64,000 nt of DNA. Source: Octopus sinensis. Lineage: Eukaryota. The notes beneath the pieces are model-generated. The model was not told the DNA's origin, did not search any database, and saw only the letters and a program-made list of their open reading frames with translations. This document shows positions 46,491 through 60,455 of this stretch, piece by piece (the first letter of the stretch is position 1; each line of letters begins with the position of its first letter). The stretch covers positions 25,482,001 through 25,546,000 of the forward strand of contig NC_043007.1 in NCBI RefSeq assembly GCF_006345805.1, given 5' to 3'. Made by a program: the position numbers and the translations under genes.

Positions 46491-47844
46491 ATTACCGCCG
46501 CCTTATTGGAAGTGGAGGTATTGTTTTCAGTTGTGTTTGTTTGTCCATGAAGAAGATATCTCAAGAACCACTGGATGTATTCAGATTAAACTTTCAGGGA
46601 TGTTTGGCTTCGTGTCTAGCATGAACTGATTAGATTTTGGGATCAATACAGTATCATACAAGGATTCTGGATTATTTGTTATATTTTTCTTTACGTGATT
46701 ATGATCTTATGTTGACTTTCAAGTCTTTCTCAATTATCTCCCTTTAGGCTGTTTCCAAAGTTTTATTTTGATTTCTCTATTATCAGTTTTACTCACATCT
46801 CTATCTTAGTAGAAACTGATGGATAAAGAAATCAAAGTACATCAATAAACGAAAGCAAAACCATTCAGAAATTAAATAACACTAACATATTTTCATAATA
46901 TATATATTATATTATATATTATACATACATATTAACACTTTACAGTATACTTACATATATACATACATTTATACATCAATCTAAAACAACAGGGATACTA
47001 AAGGAAGGCCGGAATTTAAGAGAAGAGAAAAACCAAAAGGTCTCATGCTATTCATTTAAAAATTCCTCTTTACTCTTACTCTTTTACTCTTTTACTTGTT
47101 TCAGTCATTTGACTGCGGCCATGCTGGAGCACCGCCTTTAGTCGACCAAATCGACCCCGGGACTTATTCTTTGTAAGCCCAGTACTTATTCTATCGGTCT
47201 CTTTTGCCGAACCGCTAAGTGACGGGGACGTAAACACACCAGCATCGGTTGTCAAGCAATGCTAGGGGGACAAACACACACACACATACACACACACATA
47301 TATATATATATACATATATACGACAGGCTTCTTTCAGTTTCTGTCTACCAAATCCACTCACAAGGCATTGGTCAGCCTGAGGCTATAGCAGAAGACACTT
47401 GCCCAAGATGCCACGCAGTGGGACTGAACCCGGAACGATGTGGTTGGTTAGCAAGCTACTTACCACACAGCCACTCCTGCGCCACTCCTGAGTAGAATTT
47501 ATTATTAACTCCACCTTTGAAACTATTTCGAATGGTGAATTTGTTAACTTTGGCTTATATTAGATAAGGTTAAACTATTTATTACCGTTACTAAATTTTC
47601 TACATCCACCTTCACATTCCATGACTACCATTGGTATTGATCAGGTATCGGACAAGGATTCTGGATTATTTTTCCGGTGTTTTTACTTAATTTTTGAGAG
47701 CATTCGGGTTCATTTTTAGCATTCTCATTTGTGAGAGAAGTTGAGTTTATTTCAGATATTCTCATTTTAAAAATCATCTTTGGCTAATCGTTGAGAGGAC
47801 ATTGATGTTGCCTTGGTGGAAGTTTGCGCTCTCTGAGTGCTTTT
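46491..47844 (+). mobile_element. Helentron-associated element type 2 in two pieces (46491-46680, 47639-47844)
   Basis: Both pieces match the reverse complement of 60888-61254; 3' end GCCTTGGTGGAAGTTTGCGCTCTCTGAGTGC. Confidence 0.6.
47066..47490 (-). mobile_element. SINE-A
   Basis: Full head and repeated (TTTTACTC)n tail. Confidence 0.95.
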
Positions 47845-48109
47845 GTTTTTATTAGTATTGGTATTGGTAGTGGTAGAGGCCAGTAAATGTAGTGTTTAGT
47901 GACATTTTTGTTCTGAGTTCAAATCCTTTTGAGGCTAACTTAATCTTTAATCCTTCCAGGTCAATAAAATAAAGTACATATTGAATATTAAGGTCACTGT
48001 AATTGATAATTATCTAAGCCCTTCAATTTGAAGCCTTGTCATTATTTTCTTGTTAATTCTTTTGTTTGATATTGGTTGCTATCACAAATTCTAATTATTA
48101 TTATTGAGT

Positions 48110-48650
48110 GATAGAGCAGTGCATGCCATCAAAGTGACACTGGAGTACAAATGTATGAAGACCAGCATACCCATCATAACTACCCATCTGATAAGGGTAC
48201 ACCAGGTACAGGCATCACAACCATATGTGTGTAACATGGTGATCTCGTATCTAGATAAATAGCTCATGACCTTGCAGGTTGGACCCAGTTAGAATTTTCT
48301 TCAAGTTGAGTACCCAACCATCCTCAAAAGGTCCCTGGATAAAGTTTGTTTTAAGAATGATGAACAAAATACTCATGTTTCCAGAGGTGAATTATTCAAA
48401 CCCCAAATAATTCCTCTCAACACATGGCTATGATGCTTCCCCACTTCTTCTGCTTGTGATCAGAGATGCCACTATGGGACATGCTCAACTGGTTATGGTC
48501 AAACAACTGACAAGCAAATCTGTGGTATTAAGAATAATATTTGCTGTAGCCTGTCTTTTATAACAAGGCAAAACATGTACATGATAACACTTCCAATCAG
48601 TTAAAAACAGAAGCCATGAGAGCCAGTGCCTGGTACTGCATCAGGGCATT
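48110..48650. mobile_element. Unclassified insertion between (ATT)n tracts
   Basis: Sharp boundaries with (ATT)n on both sides; single copy here; resembles a recalled octopus repeat, class unknown. Confidence 0.35.
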
Positions 48651-48671
48651 TTATTATTACTATCATTATTA

Positions 48672-48891
48672 TTAAGGTGACAAGCTGGCAGAATCATTAG
48701 CACACTGGGTGAAATGCTTGGTGGTATTTCGTCTGTCTTTACATTCTGAGTTCAAATTCCACTGATGTCGACTTTGCTTTTCATCCTTTCAGGGTTGATA
48801 AATCAAGTACCAGTTGAGTACTGGGGTTGATCTAATCGACTGCCCCCCCACCTCCCCACAAATTTCAGGCCTCATGCCTATAGTAGAAAGG

Positions 48892-48955
<64 letters not shown>
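48672..48955 (+). mobile_element. SINE-B-short with long (ATT)n tail
   Basis: Tail TCAGGCCTCATGCCTATAGTAGAAAGG(ATT)n. Confidence 0.9.
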
Positions 48956-48968
<13 letters not shown>

Positions 48969-49959
48969 TTTATTTGTTTTCATTTATGTTTAAATGTCAT
49001 CAATTTGCTGTTTCATGTTCTTCTGTTTTGATACACCACTGTGTGACCATGTGATCCTTACAATCTGATTGGATGTCATTTAGACTATGTGGTGAAGGGC
49101 CACCTGTGTTAATTGAATTGATGAGTGCAAGGGTGGGAAAATAATTAACAAGGTTTTTTGTTTATTTATTATGTATTGATTTGAAAAAATTTTTTTAAAA
49201 AAATTATTTTTTCTTTTTGTTTTTTTCTTTTGACATTGGCAGTTTTTGAAGCAAAATTCAATTAAGAAAACTTCCAAGATTACAAATGATAATCAAGTTA
49301 ATTAAGATATTCGCTCTAGGATATAGTAGGAAGACTTTCTACTGCTGCTGGTGGTAATGGATGTGGTGATGGTAACCTCAGGTCAAACCTGATTAAGCAG
49401 ATCTTTGATCAAAAGCTCTTTATCCTTGACCAACCTTTCTTTTTAGTGGTTTCTAGAACTACATTATCCAATGTGGTTTTAGTTGTTTAAAAAACGATGT
49501 GGTTTGATCTGAGGCCAATCTATTTGGCCACTGTTTCTTGCAGGTCAATCCATCACACAGTTATTGATGTTTTTGTGTTCTTGCCTAGCCCAGGCTATCC
49601 CTTTAGGAGTAGATCTATGCTCAAAGACATTCCATATATGATCATTCCACCTGTCTTTCTGAAGTATGGAATTAAGGCCTACATTATCTAAGGTATTTTC
49701 CTTTGTTTTTGAGATAGCAAAGTGCAATTCCAGAAAGATTTGGCTGCTCTTTCAAGTAAATTGGGACATGAAAATTGATATTATTTAGCCCTAGGTCAGT
49801 GCCAATTAATCATATCGATGATCAAAGGCATTCCGTGATCAACCTATTGTGTTTCTGACATATTTTTAGGCAGACATTGTTTTGAAGACAGAAGAGTGTG
49901 ATTTGAGGGAGATTTGGCTATAATTAGAAACCATCATTATTACTGTTACTGTTATTCTT

Positions 49960-50457
49960 CAGGTCCTGAGTTCAAACTCTGCTGAAGCCAACTTTGTTTT
50001 TAATTTTTTTTTTTTTTTTTTGGAGTTGATAAAATGAATACCAGTTGAGCACTTGAGCTGATGTAATTGACTACCCCCCCCATCTCCATAAATTGCTGGC
50101 TTTGTGCCAAAATTTGAAACACTCCTCCTCGTTATCATCGTTGTTGTCATTGTTGTTGTTATTGTTGTTGTTACTGCTGCTGCTACTACTGCTGCTGCTA
50201 CTACTACTACTACTACTACTACTACTAAGGTGGTGAGCTGGCAGAATTGTTAGCACACTGGACAAAATGCTTAGTGGTATTTCACCTGTCACTACATTCT
50301 GTGTTCAAATTCCACCAAGGTTGACTTTGCCTTTCATCCTTTTGAGGTTGATTGAATAAGTACCAGTTATGCACTGGTGTTGATGTAATTGACTTAATCC
50401 CCTCTTCCAAGCTGCACTTGTGGCAAAAATTTGAAATTATTATCATCATCATCATCA

Positions 50458-50498
<41 letters not shown>

Positions 50499-50755
50499 GT
50501 TATTACTACTACTACTACTACTACTATTAAGGTAGTGAGCTAGCAGAATTGTTAGCGCACTGGGTGAAATGTTTAGTGGCATTTCACCCGTTGCTATGTT
50601 CTGAGTTCAAATTCTGCTGAGACCAACTTTGCCTTTCATCCTATTGGGGTTGATAAATTAAGTACCAGTGAAACACTGGGATTGATGTAATTGATTAGTC
50701 CTCCCCCCACACACAAATTTGAGGCATCCTTCCTCCAATAGAAAGGGTTATTACA
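49960..50755 (+). repeat. Head-to-tail chain of three SINE-B-short copies
   Basis: Heads at 50226 and 50528 directly follow the trinucleotide tail of the previous copy. Confidence 0.85.
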
Positions 50756-50763
50756 TTATTGTT

Positions 50764-51080
50764 GGGACCCCCTTCGGTCATGACTGACCGTGGGTTTGCA
50801 CCTAGAAAGTTATCCTCCCAGGCACAAGTCTGGGCAAGATTGTTTATGGAAGACCAGCAGTCGCCCATGCATACCAGGCTCCCCTCTCCATGCCACCAGT
50901 GTTATCCAAGGGAAAGGCAAAGGGGCCGATACAGCTTGGCACCTGTGACGTCGCAACTCATTTCTACAGCTGAGTTAACTGGAGCAACGTGAAATAAAGT
51001 GTCTTGCTCAAGAACACAACACACAGCCCAGTCCGGGATTCGAGCTCACAACCTCACGATCGTAAGCTCGACGCTCTAAC
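50764..51080 (-). mobile_element. SINE D head + tail 2
   Basis: Homologous to 6938-7277, first about 15 bp of head missing. Confidence 0.9.
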
Positions 51081-51504
51081 TATTATCATTATTATTAAGT
51101 GATGGTGGAGAAGGGGATGTTTGAGTGAGTTTATTGAAAGGAGAATAAAAATTGCAAAAAAGGCAAGAGTAGATGATGCAGCTGTGAGTTAGAGAACAGA
51201 AATTGGAGAGGGTTCTTACCTTTGGTGTTCAGAGAGATCTTGGATGGTGGGGTTCCACAATCATCTCTAGGGGTTCTCCTGATTCAGGAGGGTCAGATCA
51301 TCTCCATCCCTTTTTTCCCCTTTTTTAACTGAAATACACTATGTATGTTTTCTTTATATGTTTTATTATTTTCTTTCTGGGTTTTACATTTTTGTTTTTT
51401 AATATCATTTCATTGTATGTAAATCCCCGCGTTGTATGTCTATCGTTTTTTCCCCACCTCATATGTCACCCTGGTGACAAAGAAAAGAAACTATTATTAC
51501 TAAT

Positions 51505-51738
51505 GAGGCAAATTAAGGCATTGAGCTGACAAAATTGTAAGCATGCTGAGGGAAAATGCCCAGTAGCATTTCATATATCTTTACATTCTGAGTTTAAATT
51601 CTATTGAGTTCGACTTCGCCTATCATCCCTTTGAGATTGATGAAATAAGTACCAGTTATATACAAGGGTCAATGTAAATGACTGGCCCCTTTCCCCAAAT
51701 TTCACCCCTTGTGCCTATAGTAGAAAGGATTATCATTC
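51505..51738 (+). mobile_element. SINE-B-short, diverged (another fragment at 52310-52430)
   Basis: Tail GTGCCTATAGTAGAAAGGATTATC. Confidence 0.7.
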
Positions 51739-52533
51739 AGGCGAATGTAATTTGAGGCAAATCTAGCTACTATTTCTAGCAGGTCTTATGGCCATGTAGA
51801 AGCTTACTCATTGACTTGTAACTCTGGGTATTTAATTTTGTAGTGGTGGTGGTGATGGTGGTGATGGTGGTGATGGTGGGGTGGGGAGAGAGAGGAGACA
51901 TTTTTATAGTTTTTGCCTTTTGTGTGTATCAAATTAGATTTTTTTTTTTTCATGCCAGCATCACCATCACCACTGGTAGCAGCAGTGCTGCTTTTAGTAT
52001 ATAATATCGATTATTGAGGTCAGACAAATTGATTTCTTTTATGATTTTGGACTCATTTAAGATAAAAGCAGAAACAAAAATGATTAGATTTGACCAATTT
52101 TTACAATTGGATGAACCTAATCAGCGAATTTTTACTACGTTTTCTCTCTAGGAATGAGACAGACCATGCACGAGCATTTTCAATTGATTCTAGGCCTGTT
52201 GGATTCTATATTAAACTCAGTTGCTAGGCACAATAACAACAACAACAACAACGATAATAATAAATAAAATATAAATTATAGTTGTTGTTGGTGGTGGTGT
52301 TATTGGGAGGGTGGTGAAATGCCAGAATCATAAGCGTGTCGGACAAAATGCCTTGTGGTATTTCATGTATTCTGGGTTCAAATTTCGCCAAGCTCAACTT
52401 CTGTCTTTCTTCTCTTTGGGGTTGATAAAGTACCAATCATCAAAATTACTGACCCTGTATCTTAATTAGAAGCAATTGTTATCAAGACTTTATTGTATGA
52501 TTACAAAAGCTTGCCTTTTTTACAAATTCTATG

Positions 52534-52760
52534 TATTTCTTTACTGCCCACAAGGGGCTAAACATAGAGGGGACAAACAAAGACAGACAAAGGGATTAAG
52601 TTGATTACATCAACCCCAGTGTGTAACTGGTACTTAATTTATCGACCCCGAAAGGATGAAAGGCAAAGTCGACCTTGGCGGAATTTGAACTCAGAACATA
52701 ACGACAGACGAAATACCGCTAAGCATTTCGCCCAGCGCGCTAACGCTTCTGCCAGCTCGC
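52534..52760 (-). mobile_element. SINE-B-long
   Basis: Near full length. Confidence 0.95.
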
Positions 52761-53059
52761 TATGAACAGTAATTTACAGAGTGGTGGTGTATGGGTTAGT
52801 GGTTAGGGTGTTGCATTCAGGATTATAAGATTGTGGGCCTGATCCCTGGATCAGGCGATGCATTTTGCTCTCAAGCAAATCACTTCATTTTACATTGCTC
52901 CAGTCCACTCTGCTGACAAAAAATGAGTCTTCCTGTGACAGACTAGTGTTCCATTTGGGGCTGAGGATATATATGCCACAGAATCTAGGAAACCAGCTTT
53001 TTCAGCCTATAGCTCATCAAGGACTTTTGATCCATTTTTGAGCTATATATATATATTTA

Positions 53060-53298
53060 TATAAATAAGGATAAGATCGGTATTTAAATACCGATCTTAT
53101 CAGGTGGCCAGCATGGGAATAAAAACCTTTCAAAGGTAATAATTATTTAAAATTATAATTTAGGGTACCTAAGAGATACCTCCACGCTGGAAATAGCAGT
53201 CAAAACTTGACTCTAAAACCACATTAAATGTGGTTTTAGAGTCAATTTTTAACTGCTATTTCCAGCATGGTGGTATCTCTTAGATACCCTAAATTATG

Positions 53299-53304
<6 letters not shown>
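53060..53304. mobile_element. (TA)n-embedded double fold-back element
   Basis: Perfect 32-bp palindrome 53070-53101; 78-bp arms 53148-53225/53227-53304 with 6 mismatches. Confidence 0.65.
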
Positions 53305-53346
<42 letters not shown>

Positions 53347-53359
53347 CATACACACGCCA

Positions 53360-53722
53360 GCTCAATTTGATTTCTTCTCAGTCAAAAGACGTCTGTTGTT
53401 ATTTCTTGTTTGTTTTCGTAATTGTGTACCATGTTCTCCGCTTTTTGTTTATTTGTATTTTTGTCTTTGTTACTGTACACATTTGCTAGCTTTCTTACAA
53501 GTGGGTCTTATGCTCTTAGCTTAGACTTTTTTGGGAGCAACCAGATTAAACCATCTCAAGGGTAACTGCCCGAAATGGTCGTGACTTCTGGGACTTGACT
53601 GATGAAAGAAAGCCAAGAATGACCCGTCTTTTTTGCCTGTCCTTCTAATTGTTGTTTCTCTTGTCCGCCTTTGTATCGTCTATCTGTCCGAACATTTTAA
53701 TGCCCTCTACTGCGTTTTTGTT

Positions 53723-53765
<43 letters not shown>

Positions 53766-54068
53766 GAGGGAGATAAATTAATATTAATTTTAATATCAAT
53801 TTAAAACCAGTAGTCCAGCATACAAAAAATCTGAGAAGTCAGAGTAAATTCTAATATATGTGTATATTGGCAGGGCCAGACTGCAAGGTAGTCGGCCAAA
53901 TGCTAGAAATAGATCATCAACGATCAAACTACAAAGGGAATTCTCTAGAGGAAAATTCAGTGAACACCAGAACCAAATTTGGCGGGCAGGACAGATGAAA
54001 AATTTATATAAAAAACAGAATTAAATGCATACCTCAGTTTCGGCCTTTAACAAAAGAATTACCACAAA
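53360..54068. mobile_element. Two further (TA)n-bounded repeat fragments (53360-53730, 53762-54068)
   Basis: Bounded by (TA)n or (TG)n; the 53700-53730 end resembles the reverse complement of 36360-36392; class inferred only. Confidence 0.4.
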
Positions 54069-54097
54069 TGTGTGTGTGTATTATTTATACAGTGTGT

Positions 54098-54760
54098 CAT
54101 CATCATTTAACATCTGTTTTCCATGCTGGCATGGGTTTTGGATGGTTTGACAGGGGTCGGCCAGCTGGAGAGCTGCCTGGGTTCCATGTCTGTTTTAAGT
54201 ATGGTTTCTATAGCTGGATGTCCTTCCTAATGCCAACCACTTTGCTGAGTGTACTGGGTGCCTTCACACAACACTGGCATGGGTGCTTTTATGGGGCACC
54301 AGCACAAGTGCTTTTATGTTGCGCTGGCATGGGTGCTTTTTACACGGCACTGGCGCCCACGAGCCTGCAGGATTAAGATGCTCAGCTGAAGAGGGATACA
54401 GGGAACATGCCTGTGGGCAAGGACGACAAACATATTTACTTAGCTTGATGCTGTTTTTGCAAGCACAGTAAACTGCCAGAAGTCTTGCTCCCTTGTCGTC
54501 CTCTCTGTGAAGCTCAACATGTGTGTGTGTGATTTTTATCAGGCATCATCATCATCATCATCAGTGTTTAACGTCCGCTTTCCATGCTAGCATGGGTTGG
54601 ATGGTTCAACCGGTGGCTGGGAAGCCAGGAGGCTGCACCAGGCTCCAGTCTGATCTGGCAGTGTTTCTACAGCTGGATGCCCTTCCTAACACCAACCACT
54701 CTGTGAATGTCGTGGGTGCTTTTTACGTGCCACCGGCACAGGGGCCAGAGGAAGCTGGCA
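54098..54760 (-). mobile_element. Two family C copies (54098-54520 variant with short units; 54545-54760)
   Basis: CATCATTTAACATCTGTTTTCCATGC and TTTAACGTCCGCTTTCCATGC tails; GGTGCTTTTA units. Confidence 0.8.
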
Positions 54761-55277
54761 AGAACTCAATATACTTATCTTTTAGAGTAAAGCACCAGAA
54801 GAGTACAGGGTGTAATATCAGTTAATGATTGGCACATGAACAGGAATTATATTATCACCTTTGTTAGCTTATTGCTGTTTCTACTTTAAGAAGCAGTGTT
54901 CTCAGAGACGAGCACTTGCACAACATTCTATAGCTTTCTTGGAGACATTAATGCCGAAGTCTTGCATCTGACTGTAGTCAAGGCAAGGCAATGCTGTGCA
55001 TAGGATGTTCAATGAAGCAAAGGCATGGGTTTACAACTGTGTTCTGGTCTTGTTTTTGAAGGGTCTGTTCTTTGTTTGTGGTCTAAGGAAGGGGTTCCTG
55101 CAAATGAAAATTGATTACAGTGAATGAAGTATGCACAGAGCTGTATAAGCTTTTCACGTAGAACAGCTTTCCTCCCAGTGGCTCAACATTGTTTGCGACT
55201 ACCTGAAACTAATGGTCATCATTGTTTGTATCAAATTGTCCTTCCATAGTTCAGTGTTCTAACAAGAAATATAGTTT

Positions 55278-55505
55278 TTAACCCTTTTGTTACCATACTT
55301 CTGTTGAGATGCTCTGTGTTTCTTTCAATTACTTTAAATATAACAAAGAATTTAGTAAAATAACTTGGTTATCATTCATCTAGTTTTAGGAACATAAATT
55401 GTGACTAAGGTTTGGTGGAAGATTTTAATTCAACACTTATGAAAACAAGACATTTGTACTCAAAGCCAGAGCCGGTTTCAGCCGGGTTGGTAATGAAAGG
55501 GTTGA
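55278..55505 (-). mobile_element. piggyBac-like MITE
   Basis: Reverse complement of 10048-10271. Confidence 0.75.
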
Positions 55506-55777
55506 AGTGGTCTCACAGCTTGCTCATTCATTGACTTGTATTTTTCCCTGTCCCCTGTGCACTATTGCTAGCTTATCAGTTACCGTCTTTAAGCTGGAAT
55601 CATCCATCATTTTGACAGGTTTTGTTTTTGTCTTTCTACATTTCTAATATCTCTTCTCACCTGGTCAGCTCAGGGTGGAGGTAGAGCACTGGTTTAATCA
55701 TCAATGATCCAATCATGTAACAAGTTGTACTGAATTGCATGTTACCAGCTGCTCTCAGAATGATCTGATATACATAT

Positions 55778-55975
55778 GGTGTTTTTTACGCACCATCTGC
55801 ACAGGAGCCAATCCAGCGGCACTGGCAATGACCTTGCTCGAATGTTTTTCACGTGTCACTGGCACAAGTGCCAGTAAGGCGACGCTGGTAATGATCACAC
55901 TTGAATGGTGCTTTTTATGTGCCACCAGCACGGAAGCCAGTTTGCTGCTCTGGCAACGATCATGCTCTGATGGTG
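55778..55975 (-). mobile_element. Family C internal unit array only
   Basis: Three units homologous to 22954-23150, no 3' domain. Confidence 0.8.
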
Positions 55976-56309
55976 TTCTTTATTTAAGAATATTTATTGA
56001 ATTTTCCCATCAAAATTTCTTTCAGCTGTGAATATAATAAGCTTTATATAGTTGCTCGGGATGAAAAAGGGAAAGTTATATGCAATCATACGAGGTTTCA
56101 GCTCGTCTGTCGATCTGATATTTATTTTAAAATCAGTGAAAAAGAATATTTGTAGATTTGTAGACAATGTGCTTTAAAATTACAGTTTACAAATTTGCAT
56201 TTATTCTGATAGTTATTGCTGCATTAGTAAATATCCTGGTGGCAGTCATGAAAATGTGGGATTTTGAGGTATAAAAATTGACCACTTTACACTTTGCAAA
56301 TATTGATTC

Positions 56310-56529
56310 TTTTATTTGTTTGTCATTTGCCTGTGGCCATGCTGGAGCACCGCCTTTAGTCGAGCAAATCAACCCCAGGACTTATTCTTTCTAAACCTAG
56401 TACTTATTCTATCGGTCTCTTTTGCTGAACTGTTAAATCACGAGGAACATAAAATCACCAACATTGGTTGTCAAGCGATGGTGGGGGACAAACACAAACA
56501 TATATACATACACAAATACATACATATAT

Positions 56530-56584
<55 letters not shown>

Positions 56585-56624
56585 AATGTGAGCCATATAG
56601 TGACCACTCTCTTATATTTATTTT

Positions 56625-56672
<48 letters not shown>

Positions 56673-56830
56673 GATGGGCTTCTTTCAGCTTCCGTCTACC
56701 AAATCGACTCACAAGGGTTTGGTCAGCCCGAGGCTATAGTAGAAGACACTTGCCCAAGGTGCCACGCAATGGGACTGAATCTGGAACAACGTGGTTCGTA
56801 AGCAAGCTACTTACCACACAGCCACTCCTA
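56310..56830 (-). mobile_element. SINE-A with a short insert in its (TA)n
   Basis: Insert at about 56580-56625. Confidence 0.9.
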
Positions 56831-57640
56831 TGCCTATGGACAAACTTGAGAAAATTCTTGCACATTTTTACTGTGCCATTAATCATTGTTGTCATCATTT
56901 AGCATGGGAAAAAGGGACATTGAATGACAGTGATAAGGATGATGGATAGCACAGTAAAGATATGCAAGAATTTTCTAAAGTTCATTGAAGAACATTTTTA
57001 TTGTTTTGTTATTGAAATTCCAGTGATAGAGCTTTGTTTTGTTATTTGAAACAAGCTTCTTCTTTATACGAAGAATTCAAATAATTTTTTAAAAAAAGAA
57101 ACGTAACACACACACACACACACACATGCAAGCACTGGCATACATTTCCAAAATTCTTTACTCAAAAGATTATTTTTCATTTCTTGCACTAAAAACACCT
57201 TTTCTCTCTCTCTCTCTCTTTCTTCTACTTCAATACTTTGGCAGTAATTCTCAGTACTCAAAGTCCTGAATCTGTTTCCCCTTTGCTTTAAATAACCGCC
57301 CCTTTTTTTTTTTTTTCACTTTATCCCCCAACCCTTCTCATATTTTATTCCCTTGTAAGCTAACACTTACTGACACTTTCTCCAAAGGCTTGTTTGTCCC
57401 TATCTTTTTGTAAAAGTCTTTTGATTTATTTGCATGCGTATATGCACATGCGTGCCTCTGTGTGTGTGTGTTTGTGTGTGTTTCCTCTCCCTTTCTTTAT
57501 GCAATTTATGACCCCAACTCTGCTGTTCACAAGGGCAACACCTCCCTTTACCTACCAGTTTAAAGAAGCTATAGTGAATTGCTGATGCCTGAAAAAGTTT
57601 AATTGCTAGGCTTGGTTTCTGCACATGAAATACAAACTGT

Positions 57641-57649
<9 letters not shown>

Positions 57650-57678
<29 letters not shown>

Positions 57679-57715
57679 TGTGTGTGTGCATGTGTGGTTA
57701 TATATATATATGTGT

Positions 57716-57746
<31 letters not shown>

Positions 57747-57832
57747 CATGTGTGATTTTATATATATATATATATGTAACGTTTCCATGTATGTGTGTAT
57801 ATATATATCTGTGCGTGTGTGTATATCTATCT

Positions 57833-57907
<75 letters not shown>

Positions 57908-57978
57908 TATATATATGTAACGTTTCCATGTATGTGTGTATATATATATCTGTGCGTCTGTGTATATCTATCTATCTA

Positions 57979-58044
<66 letters not shown>

Positions 58045-58070
58045 CATGCATACATGTAATGTATCTGTGT
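57650..58070. repeat. Compound (TA)/(TG)/(TCTA) microsatellite with a 140-bp duplication
   Basis: TATGTAACGTTTCCATGTATG near 57773 and 57913. Confidence 0.9.
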
Positions 58071-58439
58071 GTGTTTGCATGTGTATTACATCAGCAACAC
58101 TGGTAGATCTTACGAAATAGTAGTGTAAGGATGTATTCACTTCAGTGCATACACACACACATATACACACATGCACACATACATATGCATGCACACATAT
58201 GCATGCGCGCATGCTAATAGGGTGATCCTATTATATAACATGCTGCTTTTCACTTTCTGTGGGGATTTTCCATCTGTGATTTATTAGCCTTCCCTTATTT
58301 CCCTGTATTACTGAATAACATACAGCGCACTTGTTTATATATTTCATAGATTTCCTGTTCCTTGATATAGAATTTCTTTTGATTTTATTCCACGTAACAC
58401 ATATGGGTCTCACAGCACTTCATAAACAACTAACCAAAA

Positions 58440-59474
58440 TTTCCGCAAAGGCTGATGTCGCCTTTCATTCTTTTGGGGTTGATGAAATAAGCACCGGTTA
58501 AGTATGAGAGAGGTGGCGGGGGGCTTGCAGAGAGTGATGTAATCGGTTACTCCCTTCCCAGAAATAGCTGGCCTTGTGTCAAAATTTGAAACCGTTATTA
58601 ACGAAGATGGTGAGCTGGTGGAATCGTTAGCATGCCGGACAAAATGCTCACTGCTATTTCGTCTGTCTTTACATTCTGAGTTCAAATTCTGCTGAGGTTG
58701 ACTTTGCCTTTCATCCTTTCGGGGTCGACAAAATAAGTGCCAGTTTAACACTGGGGTGTTATGTAATCAACTTAACCCCTCCCGCAAATCGCTAGCCTTA
58801 TGATAAAATTTGAAACTGTTATTAATAAAAACTGTGAGCTGGCAGAATCGTTAGCACACCGGGATAATTGCTTAGCAGCATTTCATCTGACTTTATGTTC
58901 TGAGTTCAAATCCCTCCAGGGTCGACTTTCTTTCTTCCTTTTGGAGTTGATAAAATAAGTACCAGTTGTGTACTGGTGCCAGTGTAATAGACTATCCCTC
59001 TCCCCCAAATTTCAGGCCTTGTGCCTATAGTAGAAAAAGATTATTATTATTATTATAAGGTGGAGCACTGACAGAATTGTTTGCATACTTGGTAAAATGC
59101 TTAGTGGCATTTCATCTATCTGCACGTTCTGAGTTCAAATTCCGCCGAGGTTGACTTTGTGTTTCGTCCTTTCAGAGTCGATAAATTAAGTACCAGTTGA
59201 GTACTGGGGGGGTCAATGAAATTGATTAGTCCCTTCCCCAAAATTTCAGGCCTTGTGCTTTTAGTAGAAACGATTATTGTTACTATCATTATTATTATCC
59301 TTTTGTCCTCTCAGGGTTGATAAATTGAGTACCAGTGAAATTCTGGGGTCAACGTAATCGACTAGTCTCCTCCTCCAACACTTCAGGCCTTGTGCCTATA
59401 ACAGAAAGGATTATTATTATTATTATTATTATCATCATCATTATTATCATTATTATCATTAATATTATATATTA

Positions 59475-59524
<50 letters not shown>

Positions 59525-59525
59525 G
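58440..59525 (+). repeat. Chain of about five diverged SINE-B-short copies
   Basis: Heads near 58608, 58833, 59058; partial copies at both ends; two tail subtypes; (ATT)n linkers. Confidence 0.85.
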
Positions 59526-60057
59526 GTATCATTCATTTGTTTATGAAACCAAAACTGGTATGCTATACTTTAAAAACATCTCCTACATGCACACGCACAC
59601 ACACACACATGCACAGATATAAATATTTGTGCGTGTGTGTGTGTGTGTGTGTTATGGATCTGCGTGATGCATTGTGTTGATTTCTGTCTGTATTTCCTGC
59701 CAAACACAGTTCCCACCCTCATCAGTTCCCCTTCAATACATCCCTGGCATCTACATAAGAGTCTACAATAACACAGCAATGCGCACCAAACAACACTCGC
59801 AGCACCTACATATCTTACATGCTGACACTGTATCCTGCCTGCCTGCAGGCTTGCCAGTCTACAACAAGCCTGGCAGTCTACAGGCCTGCCCAGCTTTGCA
59901 GGCTTTTTACTATCATTTAAACACACACACAGGTCTCTCTTCATCACAGTTTCCCTTTCTTCCTCTCTCCTGTACTTTGCTTCTTTGTTTTGCTGTGTGA
60001 AGGAAAGACTTTTAATTAAAGCTTGTTTATTTTAACCGGAGATAAATTAATCGTTAA

Positions 60058-60455
60058 CTCTTTTACCCTTTTACTTGTCTCAGTCATTTGACTGTGGCCG
60101 TGCTGGAGCACCGCCTTTTAGTCGAGCAAATCGACCCCCCCCCATCCCCCAGGACTTATTCTTTGTAAGCCTAGTACTTATTCTATCGGTCTCTTTTGCC
60201 AAACCACTAAGTGACAGGGACGTAAACACACCAGCATCGGTTGTCAAGCAATGTTGGCGGGACAAACACAGACACACATACATATATACGATGGGCTTCT
60301 TTCAGTTTTTATCTACCAAATCCACTCACAAGGCTTTGGTTGGCCTGAGGCTATAGTAGAAGACACTTGCCTAAGGTGCCACACAGTGGGACTGAACCCA
60401 GAACCATGTGGTTCGTAAGCAAGCTACAAGCTACTTACCACACAGCCACTCCTGC
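60058..60455 (-). mobile_element. SINE-A
   Basis: Full head and tail; followed by degenerate (CAT)n to 60600. Confidence 0.95.

Noticed and set aside
48560-48650. 5S rRNA-derived head on the minus strand
   Set aside because: Only a short loose resemblance; no recognisable 5S box C or stems
53560-53635. Hammerhead around CTGATGAAAGAAAGCC
   Set aside because: CTGATGA is present but followed by GAAT, and stems II and III do not close; the upstream CCCGAAA lacks a core
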